Source of the DNA: Geosiphon pyriformis uo1
Taxonomy: Eukaryota; Fungi; Glomeromycota
NCBI GenBank assembly: GCA_016748015.1
Contig: JAAOMT010000400.1
Coordinates: 446,035-510,034 of the forward strand
DNA length: 64,000 nucleotides
Direction of reading: 5' to 3'
The position numbers and the translations under genes are program-made. Positions 63,799 to 64,000 of this stretch are shown here, in pieces (position 1 is the first letter of the stretch; each line of letters begins with the position of its first letter). The notes under the pieces were generated by a model. That model saw only the letters and a program-made list of their open reading frames with translations, searched no databases and had not been told where the DNA came from.

Positions 63799-64000
63799 TC
63801 CTTTTAGTTTTTTGAGGTTCAAAAAAAAAAATCATTTAAATATTTACATTGATAATTATATCCTCGATTAGTTAAATGCGTAATAGAATGACACTTTTAT
63901 CATGACATATTCCTGACATTATTTTTGAATAAGATTACTGGGAAAAACTTTTCAAGTGTGAGAAGTTGATTTAAATTTTTCAGCATTGCGCATATTAATG

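Overview
Eukaryotic (fungal) genomic DNA with two very different parts. About 1-52,700 is a gene-free, nearly CpG-free, AT-rich nest of retrotransposons. It holds three decayed Ty3/Gypsy elements with a dUTPase between protease and RT, the 5' end of a fourth element, four solo LTRs, and one complete non-autonomous LTR element (4-bp TSD). It also holds several L1-like LINEs (ORF1 RRM+CCHC; ORF2 APE-RT-RNaseH-zinc finger) and two copies of an ORF1-only 'half-LINE' that carries the LINE 3' UTR. All TEs are degraded mainly by C>T/G>A transitions, and the degree of decay broadly follows nesting order. A ~10.35-kb segment (34040-44389) is inverted: re-inverting it at a 5-bp ATGAA microhomology rejoins two split LINEs and a split half-LINE. 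About 52,700-64,000 has normal CpG content and four host genes: a tandem-PH-domain (Opy1-like) protein, a GRF zinc-finger protein, transaldolase (6 exons, one GC-AG intron) and an intronless hypothetical protein, followed by a long (AAT)n microsatellite. The TE families and composition resemble Glomeromycotina (Geosiphon/AM-fungus-like) genomes, but this is an inference. All alignments were done by eye, and boundaries inside the most decayed elements are approximate.
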